From Trichosphaerium sp. ATCC 40318 (Eukaryota > Protista > Tubulinea): a DNA stretch of 64,000 nucleotides. The position numbers and the translations under genes are program-made. A model generated the notes under the pieces. That model ran no database searches, was not told the DNA's origin, and was given only the letters and a program-made list of their open reading frames with translations. Location: the NCBI GenBank assembly GCA_038496445.1, contig JALMLS010000275.1:27159-91158 (forward strand), in the 5' to 3' direction. Shown piece by piece: positions 26,021 to 38,875 of this stretch (within the stretch, counting starts at the first letter, position 1; every line of letters starts with the position of its first letter).

Positions 26021-26092
26021 ATTTTAGTATAAACTTGGTACAGTATTGCGAAATAACAGCATAAATGGTTTATTTAGCGAAAAATTCTCTAG

Positions 26093-28045
26093 TTACAACT
26101 CACTAGCCATAGAGTCTAGTTTTCTACCCCTTTGCATAACAAATTGGTACATAAAAAATACCGCAAACATCATCACCACGATAACGATAGTCTCAACTCC
26201 TATTTTAATACCGCTTGTATACTCCCTGGCTCTCCTTAATAAATTCTTTGTTCCTTCCTATTGTACTGTGAGAATGAGAAAATGATATCTAAGAGAAAAT
26301 GTGTGCCTTAAATTTCCTTATGGATGTTCTATCATCAGCGAGTCTTGTAACTACAACGTAATTTGGTTAGTAGTTACTTTTTTGGCTCTGATATCTTTTT
26401 TTACTTGCCTCCTCCTACTCCACATAGTTGAATTTTTTCCAAACATCTGGCAATAGCTTCAACCGTTCTAAAAATACACAGTCATCTCTCAGAATGAAAA
26501 TAAAAAAAAAAAGCAGCTCTCAACTTACAGCTTGTATTTGGTACTATCCCTATCAAACACTTCTCGTTTTGTGTAGTTGGAAACATACACTACTTCGTCG
26601 AATTCTACAAAGGGATTAAATAAATTAAACAAGTGTTTACTTACTGTCTTCTGCTTCGTCCCACTTTACTTTGTCAAGATTCGCATCTTGAATAGGAGCT
26701 TGCCCAGGGGCAGTGATTTCATCGTTTGCTTTGTCAATATGAGTGATGAGTACAATGTATGGGATTCCTAGCGAATTTAAATAAATACAAATACAACACT
26801 GGCATACCTCTTTTCTTCAAGTCCGTTGCATAAGACTGAAGTGAATCTAGTGACTTGCTATCTTTGTATTTTCCAACCAAGATCGCTAATTGGATTTTAT
26901 CTTTTTCTTGCTTTCCTCTAGCTCTCATATAATTCTTAGCGTCCTGAGTTGGCAACGCTTCGATATCTGTGCACGTGGTCAGCTTTTTTTGGTTTGGATT
27001 TCAACGCACATTTTTCAATTTCTTCCCCGATCTTCTTCTCCTCAAGTGCATTGATAGACATTCCGCTTTTGATCGTTTCTTCCAGTAATGTCACGTGCTC
27101 CCCAATGTCTTGACCTGATGGAATGCCAGGAGTAGTCCTACGGAGGTGTAAGAAGCAACCTTTGAGGTTTAAGCACACCAAACTTTCAAGAAGATGTTGT
27201 TGGGTAACCGCAATCCAACCCGAATTGTAGTTCCAGTTATCGCCAGTGTACTCTCATTATCGAACTTTGCGGTTCGGTCTAAGCCTGAAGCAATAGCGAC
27301 CCAACCATTAAAGAAACATGTCTTGCCAGTAGCCTCCTTACCGAAAATAGCGATGTTACAATCAGACGGCCAATAAGGGAAAAATTCGCTGATAGCTATA
27401 CACAGCTGTTTAACAGATGGGTTTTTTGCTGTTAGAGCTTTAAGGGTTATGTTCGCCTTTTGAATCATGTTCGGCTCGTTCCTGAAAGAGTTTGTTAGGC
27501 GCATACAAAGTATGGATATTTCAGTTCCTTTAGGAACATTAGCGTACGCTGCCATACTGTGTCGCGAGGTGTTGCGCTGACTGTTATAGTACTGTCGAGA
27601 GGTGTTCCTGTTGTTAACAAAGTGTTTTGTTTGTGAACTGACCGTTTTTTAAAACGTGATGACTCATCACAGGAACAGGAACTCTTGAACAAAAACCAAT
27701 CACGTATTTTCAAAAAACAATGGAGAAAGAAAAAGTAGCAGTATTTGTTCGAGACATCCCTAGCCATGTGGAACACGCTGAAAGTTTTTTCAACCAGAAA
27801 GAATATCAAAAGTTCGAATATGTGTTTGTAAAGTTAACGAACGCTGGTATCAATGACCCCAATAATTCTGTACGTTCCACGTAGGTCTAGAACAAAAACC
27901 CTTCAACTAATTCTAACTGCAGTTTGTATACCATGACGCTATTCGCAGAGGATGCGATGCAAGCGACAAGCACATGATATTGTATGTCGACCACGATGGG
28001 AGTGGTCGCATTGGTACAGATAACAATGCGCGCGATGGGTCTCAT
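26093..28045 (-). CDS. Copy C: IFI44-like GTPase + TM anchor with a different, non-ankyrin 5' region; 5' structure uncertain, possibly a pseudogene
   Basis: NIAIFGKEATGKTCFFN..WTTPG..LITHIDK..TM; 3' exons near-identical to copy A; homology to A ends at ~27600. Confidence 0.7.
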
Positions 28046-28164
28046 AGTGCGTTTCTAAGAGCCCTTAAAAACGTAAACGTTGATTCTGGTACAATTGACT
28101 TGGTTTCAAACCTTTCTTACTTACACGTGTTCATTTAGTGTTTTTACTGATTGACCGCAAAGAT

Positions 28165-28864
28165 ATGAAGGATTACAACAGAACTAATGTTAAACAACAG
28201 TCTTTCGTAAAACAAATAATTCCAGAGCGTCGCATTCTATGGACCAGTGGTACGTGACAAACTGCCCCAACATACACTAATAATAACTACTTGATAGACA
28301 ACACAAACGAGGAAATTGTGGCCAAGATTACAAACGGACCCACCGATAGATCTCATTTTAAATTACACTCAGATGGATTCAAAATCCGGTGGAACGTAGT
28401 CATTGGTATAGCATTATTTATCGCTATTGGGATTGTTGGTACGAACTTGGCATTTGTAATAGCTTGTGACACTTTTAGTTGTGCTCCTGGGGCAGGGTGA
28501 GAAATGTGACAATATTACAATAAGTTTTCAAGACAGGCTAAACAAGATGACAGGTAAATTAGATGAGTCTACGACGAGAAATAGCATTTTGGCAGCCGAT
28601 TTATTAACACAAACAAAATTAAAAGAAAATGTTATACAAAAAGGAAGTGAAAATATGGGACTACTCCCCATGATGAGCAGTAAATTAAATACAATAAACG
28701 GTGTGGTAAAGGCGCAGGCTGCCGAATTCAAACAAAAACTGGAGGCTGCTATGAAAGTGCAAATTGAGAATCAGATAGAAATGGAGAATCAAATTGCTGA
28801 ATTTACCCGAGACATAAAGAAGATGGAAAGAGAGTGGCAAGAATTCGTCGAAGCTCAAGGCTAA
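28165..28864 (+). CDS. Type II single-pass membrane protein with a long C-terminal coiled coil (3 exons)
   Basis: Spliced ..RWNVVIGIALFIAIGIV|VVLLGQGEKCDNITISF..KAQAAEFKQKLEAAMKVQIENQIEMENQIAEF..*. Confidence 0.7.
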
Positions 28865-29103
28865 GTATGCCTTGAAAAAGTTGATTTTATCTTAGCAATA
28901 AAAACTCTGTCCTGTCAAATATGAACGTCTTTCACTTCTTTACTAAGGCGCCAGTCAGATATTTTTATCCCTAGTACCCTGTCAAGTACTACGCCAATCC
29001 TCAAACGGTGGAGTGAGAATACATGGCACAATGTGACACCTTCCTAAGCCACGTGTCTAATGTGATCCAATTTTTACTTAACCATTTGACTCATAATACG
29101 CTC

Positions 29104-30165
29104 ATGTATCGTGTGCTTGTATTACTCGTGATTTTGTTATTAACTGGCTCTGCTATTGCTGCCAACAAGAAACCAAAGCTTGGCGCTTGTATGTCTCCAA
29201 AACATACTTTATGCGCGGATTTTGATAATATGGATAATATGGCTTGGTTTTACGACTGGAGTGGGGCTATGAAATCATTTAATACCCAGAACTGTTCAAA
29301 GACTAGTTATGAAAGCGTCGAGTACGTACCGCAAATCTGGGGGAAAAATGTCGTTTGTACGCACGTGATCACTATTTCTTCCCTTTTTCACCTTTCTACA
29401 GTGTCTGATACAACTATACTTCAACAAGCGTCGTATTTGATAGGGTTTAACGAACCTAGTCATCAAAAACAATCCAATGCACGTATTTTTTTTTTGGTCA
29501 ATTGTTTTATTGTTTGACTTCTACAAGGTTTCTCCTGAAGAAGCAGCACATCTATGGAAGCAACTTGAAGCTTATGCTGTTCAATATAATCTCAAGTTAG
29601 TTAGTCCATGTGTTGCAAACTTCAATGCTGCCGCGCCTGCATTGTGGTTTGAGGAATGGTACGTTAGTAGAATGCCTTTCATTAAGCTAATAAATTAAGG
29701 TTTTCAAATTGTACTGAACTTTATGGCAACGCCGGGTGTCATGTCGACTTTATGTGTACACATGCTTATTATAATCCTGGTGGCGCTAACACAATGATGA
29801 CAATGATTGACAAGTTGTATAAAAAGTATGGCAAGCAAGTTTGGATAACTGAGTACGTAACTACCTTGTTGTTTTTACTCCTTCTACTACTTAACTGATA
29901 ATTCGTTTAGATTTGCATGTCCACCTTGGAATGACTGTACCGCTGCTAACAATCTTAAGTTCATGAAAGAGATTCTACCAAAACTTGACGCCTCTAGTGC
30001 TGTTTTTAGGTATTCTTGGTTTTCGTCTAGGTGTGGGGAGCAAGGAGGTTGCGGTTTGTTGAACTATACTAGCTCACAGTTGACGGAACTTGGTATGTAT
30101 AATTGTGCAAATATTGTTGTGATTAAATGACAATAGGAGAGTGGTACAACACTTATGCTGGTTAA
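29104..30165 (+). CDS. Secreted GH128/Asl1-like glycoside hydrolase (putative beta-1,3-glucanase)
   Basis: Signal peptide; WFYDWS, EYVPQIWG, LIGFNEP, KQVWITEFA, VFRYSWF. Confidence 0.88.
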
Positions 30166-31571
30166 CAATTAAAAGTTTTACTGTCCTCTGAATAAACGCA
30201 CTTATTCAGCAACGCATGTATTGTTGCATAAATCTGCATGTATCTCTGTTGTAATGTAATCTCGTGATTGATTACCAGAGCCTTGATAATCGTTACAGAA
30301 GATGATAAAACGAATGAAAAATGATTGAAATACTTTGAGAAAGTTACATTCTGATTAATAATTTGATTGATCACGGGATAATTCGTTATGTAGTCTCATA
30401 TCATAGGTTGATGAACATAGACTTAGGTATTACATATCTATCAGTGATATCAATCAGCCTTGAGCGATTTAGAGTATTCATCAATTGATGTTCGTTTCAA
30501 AATTTTTTTAGTACAGCATTTCAATCAAGACACTCGGCTTGCTTTTAAATATCTTCATTCATTTCGAATATAAAGATTTCTTATTTAGAGCATAGCTATA
30601 CTTAGGATATTGTAGTACAAGCTTTAAAAGTACGACGGATGGGATGTACGAAAACTGCTAGATACATAGCATTTCGCAAGGCAGTTTGTACAATTTAAAT
30701 CGAACTTTTTTTAAGCTTATAAGAACAATACACACCACTTTTTTTCTATACACGGACTTTAGAACAGATTGTGAAGCGTTGTGTATCATACAAACTCGAC
30801 CACTTTTTGCGTGAAGCTAAGGACTTCTTGCTATACCAACACTTCTTCTCAGGTAGGTTTTTGTCAATAGAAAAAGGGTACTTCCTCCGTTGATAGGAAG
30901 TAGTGAATGATAACGCGAACATTTAAAAGAGGACAAATAAAGGAGTTTTTCACGACAAACTATTATTGTAATTAAACGCGCTAATTATGATATTGATAAT
31001 AAGCTATAATGAATATCACGTGCGTAAAAAACAAACGTAAAATAATGACGCGCTGTTTATACGATACTTTTGTTGATGTCATCTACTACGTAGGTATATG
31101 TATAGATATATCTATTGCCAAGGTTTCCTGTTCGTGAAAGTGACTTGTGGGCAAACTCGACTGAAAAAGGAGTTTGTGCTATACTGCTCGGAGACAGAGT
31201 TAAAAAACAGCTCCGAAAGGATTTTATCTAATGGCACGTGCGGTTATATAGTTTAAAATAAAAAATATTAGTGCGGAAGTGTGTTCTGTACCGTCGCAGT
31301 AAAAGACCTTCAAAATATTAAAAAGTAGAAGCTATTGAAGTATTTTATTTTATTATTTCCATTAAAGAAGAAAATAACAAATATTGGGATTCTTTTTTTG
31401 TTTTTTTAGCAAGTCCTGAAGAATACACAACTACTAGTTGATTGTGATTCTATCTGTATCGCGTTATATAACTAGTTAGTTCTAGTGTTTTGTGATCTTT
31501 AAACCCTGGCTTTATTTTTGACACATAACAACAAACTTTCAAAGCAATCAACAACACTTCCTCGGTTTACA

Positions 31572-34092
31572 ATGTATCCACAACATCTGATAACTGTACG
31601 TACATGTTTTCGCTGTATTCGCTCTCACTCAGAAGAACTTACGAACGTATACAGATACTAGCTTGCGTGTTGTTCCTCTCAACAACTAGCGCAACACCAG
31701 ACTTCTCTTCTCTTGCTTCAGCTATGACAGGAAATGTCTTTCTCCCAGGAAGCCCGCAATACGCTTCAAGGCTGTAAGTTTCTTTTGAAAAGCAAAGTTA
31801 CAATATTGTATCACGTGACACGCATGTTTTTTTAGGTATTCAATCTTTACTGTACCAGCTGATTTTATTCCACCACTCGCAATCGTTCAACCCGCTTCAC
31901 CTCAAGATGTAGCACTTGCTGTACAGTTTGCAAAAAACCATAGTGTTCAAGTTACTGGTAAAGGAGGTAAGTTTTTATTCGTGTATCTCCGATCGTTCCG
32001 AGAAATCTCCGCCTGATCACAACTTTTAATTTTATTTTCCTACTTCGTAATATCACAAAAACTTATGTTTCCTTTGCAGGTGGTCATCATACTGATGGCT
32101 TCAATCTTCCACAGTATGGCTTTCAGCTCAATTTTGAATTGATGAATGAAATAACTGTTGATCCAAGTGCCAAGCTCGCAACAGCGCAACCAGGTATGAA
32201 CCTATCATGTGCTTACAATTTACTTACAAAATATCAAATAGGAGCTATAGTTAAAGACGTCATTACTACTCTTGCGCCACATAATCTTGGTCATGCTGTT
32301 GGTAATTGTCCAGTTATTGGAGTACCTGGATTCATCTCATACGGTGGTTGGGGTCTGTGGTCAAGAAACAAAGGTACCAAAGTTCATTTCGTTATAGTTT
32401 TATTTACTGGTTCAAGGCTTGGCAATCGACAATGTCGTTGAGTACGAGGTCGTCACTTCCGATGGAGAAATTCGCATTGTTAACAGTACATCTCACCCTG
32501 ACTTATTCTGGGCACTTCGAGGAGCAGCACCAAGCTATGTGATGGTCACGAAGTTTACGTTCAAAGTATTTGATAATTCTGATTTCTATGGTGGGCATTG
32601 GACTTTTTCAGGATCACTTGAAGGCCTCAAAGATTGGTGGCATCGTGTTGATGACTCTAATCTCTCAAACGATCCTAATTTTATTTCACGTATCACTATG
32701 GCAAGACTACCAGCTAGCTTCTTAACGCCAACAGTTCAAACCTGTCAGTTCGTTTGTACGTTCTATCTTTCAAGTTCTTTGCTTACCTTGAGTTAGTTGA
32801 GATTGCTCTCTTCGGGAATATGACACATGAAGAGAAAGACGCTCTATTACTTGACGAGTTAGCATTCAATGTGTCTAATCCAAATGACCCTGGCTTCATT
32901 GGTTCAGTGATCAAAGCGTCATGGAATGAAAACTACACATACTACAACACCTTTAATACTCAGTCTTTCGAAAATGGACTTGTTCCTGGTACCAAACAAT
33001 GGATGAGACATGGATTCTTTGACGAGCTTACTGACGATATCTTGGATACATTTTGGCAGGGATTTGATGACAGTAAGTCTCAACAACCACACGTGTGAAC
33101 CTACAACCTTCTCTAACAGATTTACTATAGGTACAACTACAAACGAAGAAATGTCTCGATTCCAATCAGGTGAACTATCCATCGCTGGAGGGCGCTTTTC
33201 AGAGATAGATCAATCAGAAACATCTTACTTTAATCGACGTAACGCAAAGTGGATGTGGGGATTTTGGGTAGGGGCTTTACCTATCCCTGGATTTGCTTCT
33301 TTCGATAGCTTGAAAACTCATTATGATGAAATAGCTGATGAATTATACTATGAAGTTGCTAAGCAACGCGGATTTTATGCCAACTTAAACTCTATCGTTC
33401 AAGGTACGCATCTTTTAGCTAATGTAACTTTTCTTGCTATCACGTGTCTAAATATTGTACTAGGGTCTGAGTTTGATGCTTTTGGGACTAACTTGGTGAA
33501 ACTCGAACACGTCAAGAGCGTATATGACCCAGATAACTTGTTTTCTCGTGGTTTTGATATTGCAACAAGACCAGGTGCTAATTGCATCAACTACGTAAAC
33601 GGTGACTTTGTAACACCAACCCACGCTGAGATTCAACTCCATGACTTTACGTTGTTAAACGATATGGTTCTGTTTCAGTACAACTTTAACGAGTCTTATA
33701 ATCCAGGAAATATGTCACGTGATGCTCACTTTTCTATTGCTATTTATGACGGTCACTACAATCTAAAGTACGAAAAGGTTTACGAAGCATGGGATTCACC
33801 TCAAGCTCAACAGTACGTAAACGGATGGAAGAAGGATCATATCGATGGCGAGTGGTTTCACAGCATAATTTTACCTCACGAGAGCGGCGATACCATAACG
33901 TACATTCGAGGAGGAAACTACAGTGGAAACTTTCTTGGAGAGGCAGACACGTTGCCTATCACGGGAAATCAAGCGACAAATGTCAAGTTGATAGTGAGGT
34001 TGGAGTTTGGCAATGAAAACTGTATCCATGTTGAGTTCACTGAAGATATGGTGACGTATGAGTCCCATAAGAGGCTACTGGCTTCTTTTTAA
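31572..34092 (+). CDS. Secreted FAD-linked oxidase (berberine bridge enzyme-like) with a C-terminal extension
   Basis: PLAIVQPASPQDVALAV, KGGGHH, GNCPVIGVPGFISYGGWG, HPDLFWALRGA, KSVYDPDNLF. Confidence 0.9.
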
Positions 34093-34217
34093 TTCCTATG
34101 TACTTTTTAGTATGAAGGTTTAACACATTGTTCATAATAAAACCATTCATTGTTAAAGTCGCTTTTAGCTCCAACACAGTTTACATAGTAGTGTATTTCA
34201 CAAAAACTGACCTGATA

Positions 34218-34740
34218 TTATTGCTTAGTAACAATTAGGTAACATATACAAGTGTATACCAACGCCAAGATGGCATGGATACATGCCTCTGATATGTTTT
34301 TACAATAGTTCAAGTGGCTAGTGTCGACATTGTTACCATCATCGGTTATGTTAAGGCAATCTGTGCCTTTATCTGTTACATTAGTAGATGCTAGGTAAGC
34401 CGTTGATTTCAAGCCTTCGTCTGTTGCTTCGGCATGAATGGTGTGTACACCCAAGCGCCTCGTTGCCGTTGTTTGTTATTTTCTTACACCTATATAAGTT
34501 GGTGTACGCCGGCCATCACCTCTGTTTTGTTTACGCCTGAAAGTAACTGCAAGTGATGCTTGCTAACATCACTAACATTGATATGTGCAACTTTATAGTT
34601 GTATTTTGAAGCAAAGGACTGCCGGAGAGAATCAACAATTGATCTTCGTTTGAAACACTTCGAAAAGCGCTGTAAATACAAAGACGGTAATAGATCCACA
34701 GCCGTGCAGGCTTTTGTGTTACTGTATTTAACTTTCCGAG
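34218..34740 (-). pseudogene. Degenerate LRR paralog of the adjacent gene
   Basis: GVHTIHAEATDEGLKS..VTDKG..LNITDDG..YCKNIS fragments with frameshifts. Confidence 0.55.
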
Positions 34741-34819
34741 TTACCAACAACTAGCCTTTTGTATGAAGAATTATCTATTTATTACACGTGCTCAGTAGGC
34801 ATTTTTAATGATGTTTGTT

Positions 34820-35834
34820 TTATGCGTCAAATTGTATTCCAGAGTCTCGAAGGTAGAACCTTCCTTCCCTAGTGATGTTCTCACAATACCTTAGATCCAT
34901 TACTTTAAGACCAGCGTCAACCATAACTTTCAACATTTTATCAGTAACTCCAGTGCAAGCGACACTTATTATCTCTACTCCAGCAAGCGCCATCACACCT
35001 TCATCAGTTATTGAAGGCTGTGCATTATTCGTCAAATCTACGTTCTTTGCGCCTGCTAAGGCTTTCAATCCTTCATCGCTTATTCTAGGGCAATTTGGTA
35101 TGCTTATCTTGTATACACCTTTTAAAGCCTTTAATGCTTCATCAGTTATGTTCAAGAAGCCCAATAGAATAGTATGGATTCCTGCATGGGCTTTGACGCC
35201 TTCATCTGTAATTTGGTGGCATCTACGAATATCCAAGCTTTCACAACCGGCAAGAGGTATTATGCCCTTGTCAGTGATTTGTTTACAGTAGTATAAGCAT
35301 ACGTTGCGAGCTCCTGCTAAAGCAGCAACTCCAGTGTCTGTTACGTTTGGGCAGCCACTAAGATCGATGTTTTGTACGCCAGATAGTGCTTTTAAACCTG
35401 AATCGCCAACATACGTGCCAGTAAGATTAATGGCACTTATACCAGCCAAAGCTGAGATACCAACGTCTGTGATCTGCCTACATCCTGATAAACTCATAGT
35501 GTGGGCGCCAGCAAGACTTTTAAGACCGTAGTCGCGTAGTTCTGTGCGGCATTGATTATCTGCTTCCAAAATGAGCCGCTTAGCTCCTGCGAGTAGCTTT
35601 ATGTTCTCGTTGGTAGTACGGGGATCGACTCTATGGAATTGTTAATTTCCTTTATTGTTGAATAGTGTTTCAATCTAAAAGTACCAATCGCTCTACGTAC
35701 CTTATAGTGATGATTTGTAGTAACTTTTTGCGCTTAAGTAATTCGTGGATTGTTTTATTGTTTACAACCCCAGAAGGGCCACATGTGCATACAGTAGCGG
35801 AACAACCTTTGCAAGCGGGGGTGTTTTGAGCCAT
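34820..35834 (-). CDS. Cys-containing leucine-rich repeat protein (AMN1/FBXL-type repeats)
   Basis: Repeats of LxGxxxIxLxxCxxITDxG; short first exon MAQNTPACKGC.. Confidence 0.85.
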
Positions 35835-36255
35835 TTTTGTGAGAGAGAAGCTGTTGTGTTGGTTTTGTTTTGGAAATTATGTAATTTTACGACAACAGTA
35901 CAATAATTACTTTAACTGAATATGAATTGCGCAAGCGAGTTGCACATCAATCTAGGAGGCCTAAGAACTATAGACAATAGCGTACAGAAGGGTAAGCAAT
36001 TTTTGGTGATTGATGAAACTATCACTCAAAACGCAGATTGATCATAGATTGATATGATAGCACTGGATAATAAATGGCTTGTGATTACATGCGTTCGTGT
36101 TGTCGTAACATGTCGTGTATCCCGCTGATTGTTCCAATTCCTTTCGCGGAATAACGAGCGGGGTTCGCTTAAGGGTGTATGCAGACAGGCTTTTAAGTCA
36201 TGATTTTTTTCAAAGATAAATGCGTAAAAGTGCGCCAAAAAACTCATAATTGAAC

Positions 36256-38875
36256 ATGGACATTTCTATGGATGATGATTACCTTCTTAAACAAGCTGAT
36301 TTTGATTTTGACCTTGACGGCATAGATGATATCGATTTACCAGTTGATGATGTTCGTTCGCTGAGCAGTGAAGATGATGATCTATTAAATGAGTGCGTAA
36401 CCAAAAAATTACTTCAGCAATTAAATAACGTTGTAGTAGCGTCCCTTACTTTAAATCATCCCAACAGAGTACGTTAGATAGTTGTAAAATTCATAAAGGC
36501 GCTTTTCGTGAATTACGGTTCTAATCCAACCAAAGCGCGTCGATCAACGCGGATACAAAACAAAATAGACCAAGGAGAGGCCAGACGCGAAATGCAGATT
36601 GAACTAGCCGAAGGAAAGCCGCCACAGGACGCTTTAAAAAAAAATCATCAGTACTCGCTTGATGCTATAGTTAAAGCAACAAAGAAAGACAAGGAGAGGC
36701 AGGAGTACTTTAACATCTCGCTTGATACTCAAGGAACAGACGAAATAACGATGGAGGAGAATGTGGGATTATTGCAGTCTGGTACAGCAGCCATACAGGC
36801 ACGTTAAAGTTTGACACTTTAAATCTCAAAAAAAACTCCGACAAAATTTAAGGTTTCAACTTTCCTCATTTACTGTTCATCTATGTAATCAAATAGACTT
36901 ATAGTAGTATAGATAGGCGAAAATGCAACCAGGAGAGAAGCTTTATTAAAGACACAGTCGTTTTTCACGTCGTGGAAGGATACAAACGTAAAAAAAAATG
37001 AAAAAAAAATCCAATCTCGAATTGATTTTGTCATTTAGTCGTTTCCAGTGACACCATTACAACTAGCAAAGAATGATACTTTACACTTATTTTTACATCA
37101 ACGTACGTATACATACCTGAAATAACCACACAAAGCTAAGACTGATTTCTTGTAAAAGATGCACTTCAACGTGTTGAAAGAGGATTGCTTCTTGACTTGT
37201 TTACCTCTATTTCTGCTGTTAGACCTTCTACAGAGCTAATGGAATGGCTATACCATCTTGGTACGTTTAGTGTATTACTAACAAGAACTCCACCTCAGGT
37301 TTTGTGTACCACCCTTACAAAAACTTTTTCTCACCAATGCAAAAATAGTCGCGTATAAGTGGAACCCAGCTGTAGTCCGTGGTGCATATAAGTGTTTGAA
37401 GTATATTTATAAAAACAAAACTGTACGACTCACCTTTTATCAATTAACCATGTAATGGCTTGAAATATTGTTGACACCTTACAGAAATAATAATTCTGTA
37501 TTTTTACTGTTTTTTTCTTTTTTTGTTCTTCCTTTTATTCATCCAAATAGCCCTGACTGGATTTTTCATAGCGTAAATATAAATGGAAGCCTGCAATACA
37601 ATTTATTATAACGCCGTTGAGCTACTATGGAGCAGACTTGAAAGACGCTTTATTGAAAGAACAACAACAGTCATGGAGCCGTCCCAAGTACTCGTACACT
37701 TGATTATCTTGTATTATCTTATCTCATTTCGTTTGCAAGAAATACAAAGCGTAAGAGAAACATGGATGTACCTATTAGAGAACGCGCACGAAATAAAGAC
37801 GAAGCCTCTAAATTTCCACTACATAATTTAAGTGGTGTAATGAAGGTTTTGTCATTACTGATACAAAAGGGGCACGTCATATCAATAGGTTCGTGTAATA
37901 CACCTAACAATTTGGTAGGGAATGGCCTAGTGACAAACTTTTGATGTTACTTACAACGCTATACAAGTACGTGCCCGTTAACAAGCAAGATACAACTTTT
38001 TTTGATAAGTTTATTTCAATAGGATTTTGGTTGATCCCGTTTGTGACAGTGTAAAAGCAGATGTAGGTAAAGGTAAGCGATATCATTGTACTCATCTTTA
38101 CTCGGCCATATAATTGATGATTTGTTTTAGCTATAAATGAGACTATAAAAGTACTCTATGAAGTGGCAAACCGTAGGGAAATGTTTCAAGCGCTGTTAAG
38201 TATGTTGGTTTTTTTTTCACTCCGTAAAAAAAGTTGATAAGATTGTTCGTCTCTAATTCTATTTCTATCATAGATGTATCCGAAACAAATGACAAAGCAG
38301 TTATAGTTAATGTAATAAAGTCTATGCCTGTTTCTAGCCGTAGTGCATCTGAAATAAAGAGAGCTATGGCATTTTGTTTCATTCATACACTTCTTAAAAG
38401 AAAGATGGTACATACCTTCATTTAACTCTTGTATTTTAGGTTTTTACTATATACAACCTTACCTTACTTGCTTACTAATGATTTTTATGTAGCCGAGGAC
38501 CTTATCTACCAAAGCGCTGACTGAATGCTTGGATAACATTGGTGTTGCAAAAGATACACCGCATAAAGAGATTGTTGTACTTGCAATGATTATAAAACTT
38601 GTTTCTCATGCGTACTACTTGAATGTATCCTCAATTCAAAAAAAAGATGTGGATGGACTTAGACAGCAACTCTTACGGATCAATAATAATGTTAGAGGAC
38701 AAACTGAAACAATAGTGGAGGTAAGCTCTTCTTTTTTGTTTTTTTTTCTTGAGTTTATTTTTTAATTGTTTGTTAGCTTAAAACAGACTTGGTATTATTA
38801 CGGTCTAACTTGAATATTATTTGTCACACATATGGTCGTAATACGAAAGTACAGACCAAACTGTACACGCTATAA
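36256..38875 (+). CDS. Multi-exon hypothetical protein with an acidic N-terminus and helical C-terminus; weak resemblance to SLF2/Nse6
   Basis: Exons joined by GT/GC-AG introns, ending ..KVQTKLYTL*; family call is speculative. Confidence 0.55.

Noticed and set aside
28440-28500. Frameshift between ORFs 28291-28500 and 28466-28864
   Set aside because: A GTACGA...TTTAG intron joins them in frame.
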